From an uncultured Duganella sp. (GTDB lineage Bacteria > Pseudomonadota > Gammaproteobacteria > Burkholderiales > Burkholderiaceae_D): 64,000 nt of DNA. Below the pieces are notes generated by a model, which searched no databases, had not been told where the DNA came from, and saw only the letters and a program-made list of their open reading frames with translations. The position numbers were made by a program, and so were the translations under genes. Positions 1-8,621 of the stretch are shown here, piece after piece. Positions within the stretch are counted from its first letter, which is position 1. Every line of letters starts with the position of its first letter. The stretch lies in the NCBI GenBank assembly GCA_966077345.1, contig CBHREK010000010.1, forward strand, positions 18,877 to 82,876. The letters run 5' to 3'.

Positions 1-1
1 G

Positions 2-721
2 GAATACGCCCCCATGCGCTGGGGCGACCAGCCTGAATCGCAGCGCGTCTATCGCCGGATTCCCTATGGTCCGCTGCTCGACGTCTTCGTCCTCGACATG
101 CGTTCGTATCGCGGGCCGAACAGCACCAACCTGCAAGCGGTCGAAAGCGACGCAAGCGCCTTCCTTGGCTCGGCCCAGGTGAAATGGCTCAAGGATTCGC
201 TCGCGCAATCAACCGCAACGTGGAAGGTGATTGCCGCCGACATGCCTATCGGCCTGCAGGTCCCCGACGGCAAGGACGCCAGCGGCAACCCTCGCTGGGA
301 AGCCATAGCCAACGGAAACGACGGCGTGCCCCTGGGCCGCGAGATCGAAATGGCCGGCCTTCTGCGCGACATCAAGTCGATCAAGAATGTGGTGTGGATA
401 ACTGCCGACGTCCACTACTGCGCCGCCCACTACTACGATCCGGCGCTGGCCCAGTTCACCGACTTTTCGCCTTTCTGGGAATTCGTTGCAGGCCCACTGA
501 ACGCCGGTACCTTTGGCCCAAATCTCCTGGATGCGACCTTTGGGCCGCAGATCAAATTCCAGAAAGCGCCGCCCACCGGGCAAGCCAATCTCTCACCGTT
601 TGCCGGCTTCCAGTTCTTCGGCGAAGTGAATATTGACCCGCAGACGAAAGCATTCACCATCGATCTCAGGGACCTTGATGGCGTTTCGGTCTACTCCAAC
701 ACCTTGCCCCCGGCCGCCTGA
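2..721 (+). CDS. phoD: Alkaline phosphatase D family protein, C-terminal part (5' truncated by window edge)
   Basis: Frame is open from base 2 (EYAPMRW...). PhoD-type motifs LDMRSYR, WEAIANG and ITADVHYCAAHYYDP. Confidence 0.85.
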   Translation, partial: EYAPMRWGDQPESQRVYRRIPYGPLLDVFVLDMRSYRGPNSTNLQAVESDASAFLGSAQVKWLKDSLAQSTATWKVIAADMPIGLQVPDGKDASGNPRWEAIANGNDGVPLGREIEMAGLLRDIKSIKNVVWITADVHYCAAHYYDPALAQFTDFSPFWEFVAGPLNAGTFGPNLLDATFGPQIKFQKAPPTGQANLSPFAGFQFFGEVNIDPQTKAFTIDLRDLDGVSVYSNTLPPAA

Positions 722-729
722 GCCAGCAG

Positions 730-2349
730 TTAGCCGCGCAGTGCCTTTTGCGCTGCGCGGTAGCCCCACCAGGACGCTTCTTCGAACACGGAGAAGCCGC
801 TCAAGTCGGAGTGCGCAAACAGGACCGGGCCATCCATTTCGCGCAAGGCCTTCAGGCCCGCATCGCTGCGGAATCCCGGCACCGGAACCGCCATCGCATG
901 GCCGCGCAAAGTGATATCCACGCGCTCCACGCAACGTTCGAATTGTGCGCCGTAAGCCGCCTTCAGGTCGACGCTCGCCAGCGCCAGCAACTCTTCGCCG
1001 CTCGCTGCCATCATCCATTTGCGCGCCTCGCGCGGATCGCGGTCAGCCAGAGCCACGTAGCTGGTGAAGACCGTCTTCTCCGGCGGCGCCACGCGGATGT
1101 CCTGGTGCGTCGAGACCACGTAGCCCAGGCCTTTCGTCCCATGCACCACGTTATCCCATGACAGCGGCACCGCCGGCAGCTCCTGTGGAAAACGCTTCAT
1201 CAGGAAATTCGCCACCATCCATGGTGCGTGAATTTGCTTGTGGACGTCCGGCATGTTTTCCACAACCCTCGCCGCGACATGCAGCGGCATCGCGGAAATA
1301 ACGCGGCGCGCGCGGATCGTGAACGTGCGCGGCACACCGCGTTCGAGCGCAAAGCAAAGCACTTCCACGCCCCGCCCCTGGCCCGTGCCGCCACTGGCGT
1401 TATCCACCCGCACACGCACCGCGCTTCCCGCAAGGCGCTTGGGCCGTGCCAGCCGCTCCATCCCGCTGGCCAGCGCCTGCAGCCCCTCCGGCCAGGTCAG
1501 CCAGGCCCCCTGCTCCGCGTTCTCCGCTTCGCCGCCACGGCCGCAGAAGTAGTGCAAACCCGCCCAGGCGGAGACCGCATCAAGCCCCGCGCCGTAATCG
1601 TCGCGGCAGCAGTAGTCCATGTACCACAGCAAAGAAGGCGCGCGATAGCCATGCTGGGCAAGCCAGGCGCCAAAGCTCATGGCATCGAGCTGCGCCGCCT
1701 CCGCATCCGTCGACGAATGCTCGCTCGGGAAAGTGAACCTGCGTCTTCCATCCTCGCCGACCGCACTGCGCAACGCTTCCACTTGCGCAAAGAAGCGCTT
1801 GTGCTCGGCCAATTCGGCATCCGGCACCCCTTCATGCGGCAAGACGCCCTCCTGCCAGACGCCGTTGAACAGCAGCCGGTCTTCCGGCGCATGCAGCACA
1901 AAACGCTCGTCGTAATAAGGTTTGCGCGACGTTGCCCCGCGCTGGATCACGCCCAGGTCCGCCAGCAGTTCGCGCACATGGGCGCATTCCTCGGTCGGCA
2001 GCGGCAAGTAATGCGCGCCCGTCGGGTACCCCAACGCGCCGAATCGCCCGCCAGCAGCATTACCATATGGCTCGGGTCCATCCAGCATCAGGAAGTCATC
2101 ATGCCCCTGCTTTCGCAACTGCCAGGCAGCAGTCAACGCCGCAACACCGGAACCGAGGATCAGCACATCCGCCGACAATGACTGCGACGGTGCAGGCAAA
2201 GGCTTGCGGTCGCGCAGGAAGTGTCCTTCATCGCGCCCAGGTGCATTCACGACCGGCGTAATCTCCTGCCATCGCAGGTATCCAGCCACGCTGGCCGCAG
2301 CGGTAACGCCGCCGACAGCAGCCCAGGCCAGGAAAGAACGACGCAGCAT
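730..2349 (-). CDS. FAD-dependent oxidoreductase (amine oxidase-like) with twin-arginine-like N-terminus
   Basis: Rossmann motif VLILGSGVAALTAAW and GAHYLP; N-terminus MLRRSFL followed by a hydrophobic stretch; start overlaps the stop of the upstream speE-like gene by 1 nt. Confidence 0.8.
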   Translation of the reverse strand: MLRRSFLAWAAVGGVTAAASVAGYLRWQEITPVVNAPGRDEGHFLRDRKPLPAPSQSLSADVLILGSGVAALTAAWQLRKQGHDDFLMLDGPEPYGNAAGGRFGALGYPTGAHYLPLPTEECAHVRELLADLGVIQRGATSRKPYYDERFVLHAPEDRLLFNGVWQEGVLPHEGVPDAELAEHKRFFAQVEALRSAVGEDGRRRFTFPSEHSSTDAEAAQLDAMSFGAWLAQHGYRAPSLLWYMDYCCRDDYGAGLDAVSAWAGLHYFCGRGGEAENAEQGAWLTWPEGLQALASGMERLARPKRLAGSAVRVRVDNASGGTGQGRGVEVLCFALERGVPRTFTIRARRVISAMPLHVAARVVENMPDVHKQIHAPWMVANFLMKRFPQELPAVPLSWDNVVHGTKGLGYVVSTHQDIRVAPPEKTVFTSYVALADRDPREARKWMMAASGEELLALASVDLKAAYGAQFERCVERVDITLRGHAMAVPVPGFRSDAGLKALREMDGPVLFAHSDLSGFSVFEEASWWGYRAAQKALRG

Positions 2350-3860
2350 CAGCGAATCACCCTGCGCCAGTCCTGCTCGAATTCATGCACCAGCGATTGT
2401 GTGTTGAGGCGGTTCGGCGCCATCGGCAGCGGTTTCATGTCCGGTGGGAAGGCAAACATTGCCTTCGTGGTCTCTGCATTCAGGAAACGCATCGGCAGGC
2501 TGTACGCCTCGGGCGGCCGGTAATCAAGCTGCGGCGAAGCCATGATGAAGCCCCATTCGCCAAAAGACGGCACATACAGGTGATACGGCCAGGTACGCAT
2601 GCCTACGTCGCGCAACGTCGCATCCACCGTCCAATAGGCATGCGGCGCGAAGAACGGCGAGGTCGCCTGCACCACCACCAGGCCATTGGCGGCAATATGC
2701 TTCTTCAGCACGCCGTAGAACGGCACTGAATACAACTTGCCCAGCGCGAAACTGGAAGGATCGGGAAAATCGACAATCGCTGCATCGAACATGTCCTGGT
2801 TCTGCTGCAGCCAGATCGCCGCGTCGGCATTCACCACCGTCACGCGCTTGTCTCGGAAAGAACCCTTGTTCAGCGCCACCAGCTCATCGCGCTGGGTGAA
2901 GGCCGCCGTCATCGCCGGGTCCAGGTCCACCAGCGTAACGTGTTCGACCTGTGAATAACGCAGGACTTCGCGCAGCGCCAGCCCGTCGCCGCCGCCCAGG
3001 ATCAGCACCCGCTTGGCCCACGGCAGCGCGCCCATCACCGGATGCACCAGCGCTTCGTGGTACCGATATTCGTCGCGCGAGGAGAACTGCAGGTTGCCGT
3101 TGATGTACAGGCGCAGGTCGTCCTTCCACTTGGTGATCACCAGGCGCTGGTAAGGCGTGCTGGTCGAATACACGATTTCATCACCAAACAGCCCATGTTC
3201 GCCCCAACCGGTCAGCCGGTCCGCGCCACTGAAGCCGATCACCAGCGCCAGCATCACTGCGCTGGCGCGCAGCAAACGGCCCGCCACGTTCGCCAACTCT
3301 GTGCGAAAAACGACAATTGTCCACAGGGCCACCGCGATATTCAGCATCCCGAACAGGAAACCGGTGCGCACCAGGCCAAGCTGCGGCGCCAGCACCAGCG
3401 GGAACAGCAGCGACACCGCCAGCGCGCCAAGGTAATCGAAGGTCAGCACCCGGCTGACCAGCTCACTGAATTCCGTCTGGCGCGAATTCAGGGCGCGCAT
3501 CACCAGCGGAATCTCCATGCCCACCATGGCCCCCACCAGGAATACCATTGTGTAAAGCAAGGTGCGGAACGGCGCGGAAGCCCACGCAAAAGTCATGAAC
3601 AGCACTGCAGCCGACAGGCCGCCGATCAAGCCAACCGCCAGTTCAATGTCGACGAAGCGCGCCAGCACGTCTTCGTCCTTCACATACTTGGAGAAATGCG
3701 CTCCCACGCCCATCGCGAACAGGTAGCAGCCGATAATGGTGGAAAACTGCAGTACCGAGTCCCCCAGCAGGTAGCTGGAAAGCGCACCGGCGATTAATTC
3801 ATAGGCAAGTCCGCAAGAAGCGACGACGAACACTGAAACTATGAGAATCTTTTTGGTCAT
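2349..3860 (-). CDS. speE: Polyamine aminopropyltransferase (spermidine synthase-like) with N-terminal multi-pass membrane domain
   Basis: About 7 hydrophobic helices, then LYINGNLQFSS..YHEALVHP, LILGGGDGLALREVL and VDFPDP, typical of the dcSAM-binding fold. Confidence 0.88.
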   Translation of the reverse strand: MTKKILIVSVFVVASCGLAYELIAGALSSYLLGDSVLQFSTIIGCYLFAMGVGAHFSKYVKDEDVLARFVDIELAVGLIGGLSAAVLFMTFAWASAPFRTLLYTMVFLVGAMVGMEIPLVMRALNSRQTEFSELVSRVLTFDYLGALAVSLLFPLVLAPQLGLVRTGFLFGMLNIAVALWTIVVFRTELANVAGRLLRASAVMLALVIGFSGADRLTGWGEHGLFGDEIVYSTSTPYQRLVITKWKDDLRLYINGNLQFSSRDEYRYHEALVHPVMGALPWAKRVLILGGGDGLALREVLRYSQVEHVTLVDLDPAMTAAFTQRDELVALNKGSFRDKRVTVVNADAAIWLQQNQDMFDAAIVDFPDPSSFALGKLYSVPFYGVLKKHIAANGLVVVQATSPFFAPHAYWTVDATLRDVGMRTWPYHLYVPSFGEWGFIMASPQLDYRPPEAYSLPMRFLNAETTKAMFAFPPDMKPLPMAPNRLNTQSLVHEFEQDWRRVIR

Positions 3861-3924
3861 TTGCGTGCTTTTGTTCTAATATGTTTCTTTTGGTACAAGC
3901 TTGTCACTTTAACCGGGGATCGAC

Positions 3925-4311
3925 GTGAACGCCATCCTAAATTATCTGGTCCACCTGGCACTGGCCGCACTGTTGTTGGTAGTCTTCTTCAAAGCCTATA
4001 CATGGATGACGCCATATGACGAAGTAAAACTGATCCGGCAGGGCAACCATGCCGCAGCCCTGTCGCTGGGCGGCGCCATGCTGGGCTTTTCGATGACGAT
4101 CGCATCGAGCATCCTGCACACCAACGACTGGCAGCAGTTCCTGGCCTGGGCCCTGGGCGCCATGGTGGTGCAGGCGCTGGGCTATGCAGTCACGACGCGC
4201 TGCCTGAAAATGGCACAAGACCAGATTGAAGCCGACAACAGCGCTTTCGGCGGCCTGCTCGGCACTATTTCGCTTTCCATTGGCGGCATCAACGCCGCCT
4301 GCATTTCCTGA
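3925..4311 (+). CDS. DUF350 family membrane protein (YjfL-like)
   Basis: 4 TM helices; TPYDEVKLIRQGNHAAALSLGG and QIEADNSAFG match the DUF350 pattern. Confidence 0.8.
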   Translation: MNAILNYLVHLALAALLLVVFFKAYTWMTPYDEVKLIRQGNHAAALSLGGAMLGFSMTIASSILHTNDWQQFLAWALGAMVVQALGYAVTTRCLKMAQDQIEADNSAFGGLLGTISLSIGGINAACIS

Positions 4312-4322
4312 GAGGTCACATC

Positions 4323-5381
4323 ATGGGTATCGGCAGCTTTATCAAGAAGCAGTTTATCGACGTACTGCAGTGGAACGAGGACACCGAAGGCGTGCTGTCC
4401 TGGCGCTACCCAATGCAGGATTTCGAGATCCAGAACGGCGGTGTGCTGATCGTGCGTGAATCGCAAATCGCAGTATTCGTCAACGAAGGCCAGATCGCCG
4501 ACGTGTTCGGCCCGGGCACCCACAAGCTCACCACGCAAAACCTGCCGCTGCTGACCAACCTGAAGAACTGGGACAAGCTGTTCGACTCGCCGTTCAAGTC
4601 GGATGTGTATTTCTTCAGCACCCGCGTGCAGACCGGCCGCAAGTGGGGCACCCCGCAGCCGATCACGATCCGCGACAAGGATTTCGACATGATCCGCGTG
4701 CGCGCCTTCGGCATGTATTCCTACCGCGTGACCGATCCGCGCAAGTTCTTCACTGAATTGAGCGGCACCCGCAACATCTACACCCGCGACGACGTCGAAG
4801 ACCAGCTGCGCGGCATCCTGCTGGCCTCCATGGCCAATTCGCTGGGCGCCTCCCAGATCGCCTTCCTCGACATGGCTGCCAACCAGGCCCTGATGGCGCA
4901 GGAGGTCAAAGGCGGCCTGGCCGACGCGTTTGCGCGCTACGGCATCGGCCTGGATGAATTCAACGTCGCCAGCGTCAGCCTGCCGGAAGAACTGCAAGCC
5001 GCGCTGGACGAGCGTATCTCCGCCGGCATGAAGGGCGGCATGAGCGACGCCAAGATGGCCGGCTTCACCAAGTACCAGGTGGCGCAATCGATCCCGCTGG
5101 CTGCCGGCAACGAAGGCGGCCTGGCTGGCATCGGCGCAGGCCTGGGCGCCGGGCTGACCGTCGGCCAGGTGATGGGCCAGGCCATGGGCCAGGCGCTGAA
5201 TCCGGGCGCAGCACAGGCCCCGGCGCCTGCAGCTGCAGCTCCAGCCGCCCCCGCCGCGCCAGCGCAGGAATCGATCGAAGACCGCCTCGGCAAGCTGAAA
5301 GCCCTGTTGGACAAGGGCCTGATCTCGCCAGCCGACTACGACGCCACCAAGGCTGAACTGCTCAAAAAACTGATCGGATAA
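4323..5381 (+). CDS. SPFH/band-7-like protein (YdjI-like) with C-terminal SHOCT domain
   Basis: IVRESQIAVFVNEGQIADVFGPGTHKLTTQNLP, KWGTPQPI; Ala/Pro linker; C-terminal IEDRLGKLKALLDKGLISPADYDATKAELL. Confidence 0.85.
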   Translation: MGIGSFIKKQFIDVLQWNEDTEGVLSWRYPMQDFEIQNGGVLIVRESQIAVFVNEGQIADVFGPGTHKLTTQNLPLLTNLKNWDKLFDSPFKSDVYFFSTRVQTGRKWGTPQPITIRDKDFDMIRVRAFGMYSYRVTDPRKFFTELSGTRNIYTRDDVEDQLRGILLASMANSLGASQIAFLDMAANQALMAQEVKGGLADAFARYGIGLDEFNVASVSLPEELQAALDERISAGMKGGMSDAKMAGFTKYQVAQSIPLAAGNEGGLAGIGAGLGAGLTVGQVMGQAMGQALNPGAAQAPAPAAAAPAAPAAPAQESIEDRLGKLKALLDKGLISPADYDATKAELLKKLIG

Positions 5382-5391
5382 GCCAGGCCGC

Positions 5392-6873
5392 ATGCAAACA
5401 GTTTCCTGCCCTAGCTGCGGCGCAGAGGTCAACTTCCGCTCGCACGCTTCCGTCATGGCGGTGTGCGAGTACTGCAATACGCGCGTACTGAAGGAAGCCG
5501 GCGCGGTCAAAGACCTGGGCAAGATTTCCTCCGTGCTGGAGGACTATTCCCCGATCCAGGTCGGCACCAGCGGCGTGCTGGGCGGCCGCAATTTCAATGT
5601 CGTCGGCCGCATCCAGCTGCGTTACGACGCGGGCATGTGGAACGAGTGGTTCATCGTGTTCGACGACGCCACCAGCGGCTGGCTGGGCGACGCGTCCGGC
5701 CAGTACACGGTGACCACCCTGCGCAAACCCGATGCGCAGCTACCGGCCTTTGAGGACATCCAGCCTGGCAAACCCTACCAGTTGGTGGGCGCTCGCTATA
5801 TGTCGGCCGACGTCAGGACCGCGCAGTGCATCGGCGGCCAGGGCGAACTGCCGTTCAAGGTGGGCGATGGCTGGGAGGCAAAAGTCGCCGACTTCCGGCG
5901 CGCCGATCATTTCATTACCCTCGATTATTCCGACGAGGGACCGCCGCAGATGTTTACCGGCGTTTCGGTCACGCTGGAAGCCATGCAGGCGCAGTTGCTG
6001 CGCGATGTGGAGGAGATCAAGCGCACCAGCGGCCGTTACCGCGGCAAGCTCGATGCGCTGGACTGCCCAAACTGCGGCTCCCAGATCAAGTACCTGCCCG
6101 GCTTGACGGCAAACCTGGTCTGCCAGTCATGCCAGACTGAGATCGATGCAGCGAGCCCGAAGGCCGAAGTCATCGCCATCGGCCAGCGGCAGGAGAAAGA
6201 ATACTTCACGCTCCCACTGGGGGCTTCCGGCAAGCTGGGCAACCAGGACTTTACCGTCATCGGCGTGATGCGCCGGGCCGACGATGAAGGCAGCGGCTGG
6301 ACCGAATACCTGTTGTACGGTAGCCGGAACGGCTTCACTTGGCTGGTCGAAACGGCAGACGGCTGGTCGCGCGCCAACGTCATGGATCAGTGGCCTGACG
6401 CCAAGATACTGGATTCGCAAACGGTCACCTTCGACAAAGCCGACTACAGCAAACTGTATGACTACAACTCTGTCGTCACCTACGCGGCAGGCGCCTTCAA
6501 TTGGCGCGTGCAGGTGGGCGACCACACCCATGTCTACGAATACAAGCGCCAACAGGTAACGCTGGCGGCCGAACTGACGACCACTGAACTTGGCTGGTCG
6601 CGCTCCACCCCGGTGGCCTGGGACCAGCTCAAAGCCTGGTTCGGCGACGCCGTCAAAGGCGAGGACAAGACCAGCGGCGAGGTTGCACAGGATTTCAGCA
6701 AAGGCCGCTACAAGCGTTCAGCCAAGAACTGGATGATTGGCATCCTGGTGCTGAATGCCATTCCGTTGCTGTTCAATTTCGGCGGCACCATCGGCGTCAC
6801 TATCCTGGCCTGCCTTTCTCTTTACCTGCCGGCCCTGTTGCTGGACGCAATCGACGACCAAACGAAAAAATGA
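5392..6873 (+). CDS. DUF4178 domain protein with two Zn-ribbon/DUF4178 repeats and C-terminal TM hairpin
   Basis: CPSCG..CEYC and CPNCG..CQSC ribbons, each followed by a GRIQLRY/GVMRRAD..W.E(W/Y) module; hydrophobic C-terminus. Confidence 0.8.
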   Translation: MQTVSCPSCGAEVNFRSHASVMAVCEYCNTRVLKEAGAVKDLGKISSVLEDYSPIQVGTSGVLGGRNFNVVGRIQLRYDAGMWNEWFIVFDDATSGWLGDASGQYTVTTLRKPDAQLPAFEDIQPGKPYQLVGARYMSADVRTAQCIGGQGELPFKVGDGWEAKVADFRRADHFITLDYSDEGPPQMFTGVSVTLEAMQAQLLRDVEEIKRTSGRYRGKLDALDCPNCGSQIKYLPGLTANLVCQSCQTEIDAASPKAEVIAIGQRQEKEYFTLPLGASGKLGNQDFTVIGVMRRADDEGSGWTEYLLYGSRNGFTWLVETADGWSRANVMDQWPDAKILDSQTVTFDKADYSKLYDYNSVVTYAAGAFNWRVQVGDHTHVYEYKRQQVTLAAELTTTELGWSRSTPVAWDQLKAWFGDAVKGEDKTSGEVAQDFSKGRYKRSAKNWMIGILVLNAIPLLFNFGGTIGVTILACLSLYLPALLLDAIDDQTKK

Positions 6874-7043
6874 ATAAATTCTTCGGCTACGCCCTGGTGG
6901 TGAGCATGTTCAGCGTCGGCACCAGCTGGATCAAGTTTGTCAGCGGCCCATCGTCGAGCAGCGGCGGCGGCTATCACGGCAGCAGCTGGTCTTCCAGCTC
7001 CGGCAGCTGGGGCAGCGGTGGTGGCGGTGGAGGCCATAAGTGA
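6870..7043 (+). CDS. 57-aa hydrophobic-N-terminus Gly/Ser-rich peptide ending GGGGGGHK (below the ORF-track cut-off)
   Basis: Hand translation: MNKFFGYALVVSMFSVGTSWIKFVSGPSSSSGGGYHGSSWSSSSGSWGSGGGGGGHK*. Its ATG overlaps the upstream stop (ATGA 6870-6873) and its stop overlaps the speD start (GTGA 7040-7043). Confidence 0.8.
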   Translation: MNKFFGYALVVSMFSVGTSWIKFVSGPSSSSGGGYHGSSWSSSSGSWGSGGGGGGHK

Positions 7044-7399
7044 GCATTCACCAACCCAGCGGCACGCACCTGCTGGCCGACATGTCCGGCATCGAGCCGG
7101 GCCTGCTGGCAGACTGCACAAGGATTGAGCAATTGCTGCGCGGCGCCGCAGCCGCAGCCGGCGCACAGGTACTGCACAGCCACTTCCACAGCTTCGGCAC
7201 CGGGCTGGGTGTGACCGGCGTGGTGCTGCTGGCGGAGTCCCATATCTCGATCCACACCTGGCCCGAGAACGGCTTTGCAGCCGCCGACATCTTCATGTGC
7301 GGCGCCGCCCAGCCGCACCTGGCGCTGGAGGTGATCGAGGAAGCGCTGCAGCCCGAGTGTTCCGAAGTCCGCACCGTCGACCGCGAGCCACCGCATTGA
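7040..7399 (+). CDS. speD: S-adenosylmethionine decarboxylase proenzyme (short class)
   Basis: GVTGVVLLAESHISIHTWPE contains the E-S autocleavage site; GTHLLAD; DIFMCG. Confidence 0.92.
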   Translation: MSIHQPSGTHLLADMSGIEPGLLADCTRIEQLLRGAAAAAGAQVLHSHFHSFGTGLGVTGVVLLAESHISIHTWPENGFAAADIFMCGAAQPHLALEVIEEALQPECSEVRTVDREPPH

Positions 7400-7424
7400 C
7401 TTGCCCCGCCGCCGGTGCGACACT
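7396..7424 (+). promoter_or_regulatory. Putative sigma70 promoter for the rsgA leader
   Basis: TTGACT (7396-7401), 17-nt spacer, TG extension (7416-7417), GACACT (7419-7424). Confidence 0.5.
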
Positions 7425-7459
7425 GGCCGCTTTCCCACCCACCTGACAGGAGATTTGCC

Positions 7460-7498
7460 ATGCGTTCGTTTGATCTTGCCCTCCTGTCGGCTGCCTGA
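7460..7498 (+). CDS. Putative leader peptide MRSFDLALLSAA upstream of rsgA
   Basis: Strong SD (AGGAG, 7448-7452) 7 nt before the ATG. GACAGGAG (7445-7452) is complementary to CTCCTGTC (7481-7488) inside the uORF. Confidence 0.55.
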   Translation: MRSFDLALLSAA

Positions 7499-7607
7499 CC
7501 TTCAGCGTTTGAGCTAGAGCGCCCGGCCGGGCGCCGACATTTCCAGACTACCCCTGCTTGCCACGCAGCGCGTGGCTGGCCGTGTTCACCCATGGAAAAC
7601 GCTCATC

Positions 7608-8621
7608 ATGATCGACTTCGACTACGAAGCATTACGCAGCATCGGACTTAACAACACCATCATTTCGCGCCTGGCCGAGGCACCTGCCGGCCGCCTGTAC
7701 CGCATCACCGAATATCAACGCGACCGCATCAGCCTGCACGACGGCGTGGCCGAAATTCACGCACGCGCCCTGCCCCGCCTGCTCGCCGAGACAGCGCTCT
7801 GCGTCGGCGACTGGGTGATCGCGCAGCTCAACTCCTTAAACGAGGTGTGGATAAATCACCGTTTATCCCCAATGAATCAATTCGCCCGCGCCGATTCGCC
7901 ACCCATCGCGAGCAATATCGATACCGCCTTGCTGGTCATGGGCCTGGATGGCGACTTCAATTTGCGCCGCATTGAACGCTACCTGGCGCTCGCCGCGGCC
8001 GCCGAAGTCACGCCCCTGATCGTCCTCAGCAAACCGGATCTCTGCGCCGACATTGATGGCCGGGTGGCCGCGCTGACGGAACGGCTGCCGCCGCGCACGC
8101 AGTTCCTGCTGGTGAACGGCACCAGCGCGGAATCCATCACGCAGCTGGATCCCTGGCTAGGCCCTGGACAAACCATCTGCCTGCTTGGTTCTTCCGGCGC
8201 CGGCAAGTCAACCTTGACCAACGCCCTGGCTGGAGCAACGCAGGAAACCGGCGGCGTGCGGCGTACCGACCATCGCGGCCGGCATACGACAACCGCCCGG
8301 TCGATGCATTTCTGCCCTTCCGGCGCCTGCATCATCGATACGCCGGGCTTGCGCAGCCTGAGCCCGGAATCCTTGTCGTCGGCCTTCGACGATATCGAAT
8401 CGCTGGCTGCAGGCTGCCAGTTCCGCGATTGCCGGCACGAGGGCGAACCCGGCTGCGCAGTACTGGGCCATGTGGACCCCGACCGCCTGCACAACTTCCA
8501 CAAGCTGCAACGCGAAGTGCGCCGCAACCGGCAAACTGCGCTGGAACGGATTGCTGAACGGCAGAAATGGAAGTCGCTGATGAAGTCGGCCGCTGCGCGC
8601 AGCCGGCAAAAGCGCAGCTAG
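7608..8621 (+). CDS. rsgA: Ribosome small subunit-dependent GTPase A (probable paralog)
   Basis: Circularly permuted GTPase: LSKPDL, GSSGAGKSTL, GRHTTT, DTPGLR; Zn finger CQFRDCRHEGEPGCAV. Start at ATG 7608 preferred over GTG 7572. Confidence 0.9.
   Translation: MIDFDYEALRSIGLNNTIISRLAEAPAGRLYRITEYQRDRISLHDGVAEIHARALPRLLAETALCVGDWVIAQLNSLNEVWINHRLSPMNQFARADSPPIASNIDTALLVMGLDGDFNLRRIERYLALAAAAEVTPLIVLSKPDLCADIDGRVAALTERLPPRTQFLLVNGTSAESITQLDPWLGPGQTICLLGSSGAGKSTLTNALAGATQETGGVRRTDHRGRHTTTARSMHFCPSGACIIDTPGLRSLSPESLSSAFDDIESLAAGCQFRDCRHEGEPGCAVLGHVDPDRLHNFHKLQREVRRNRQTALERIAERQKWKSLMKSAAARSRQKRS

Noticed and set aside
5205-5270. Low-complexity GC repeat in the SPFH gene
   Set aside because: Encodes an ordinary Ala/Pro linker before the SHOCT domain.
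6870-7043. Microcin/bacteriocin precursor reading of the Gly/Ser peptide
   Set aside because: No double-glycine leader, peptidase-ABC exporter or immunity gene nearby; kept only as a candidate modified substrate.
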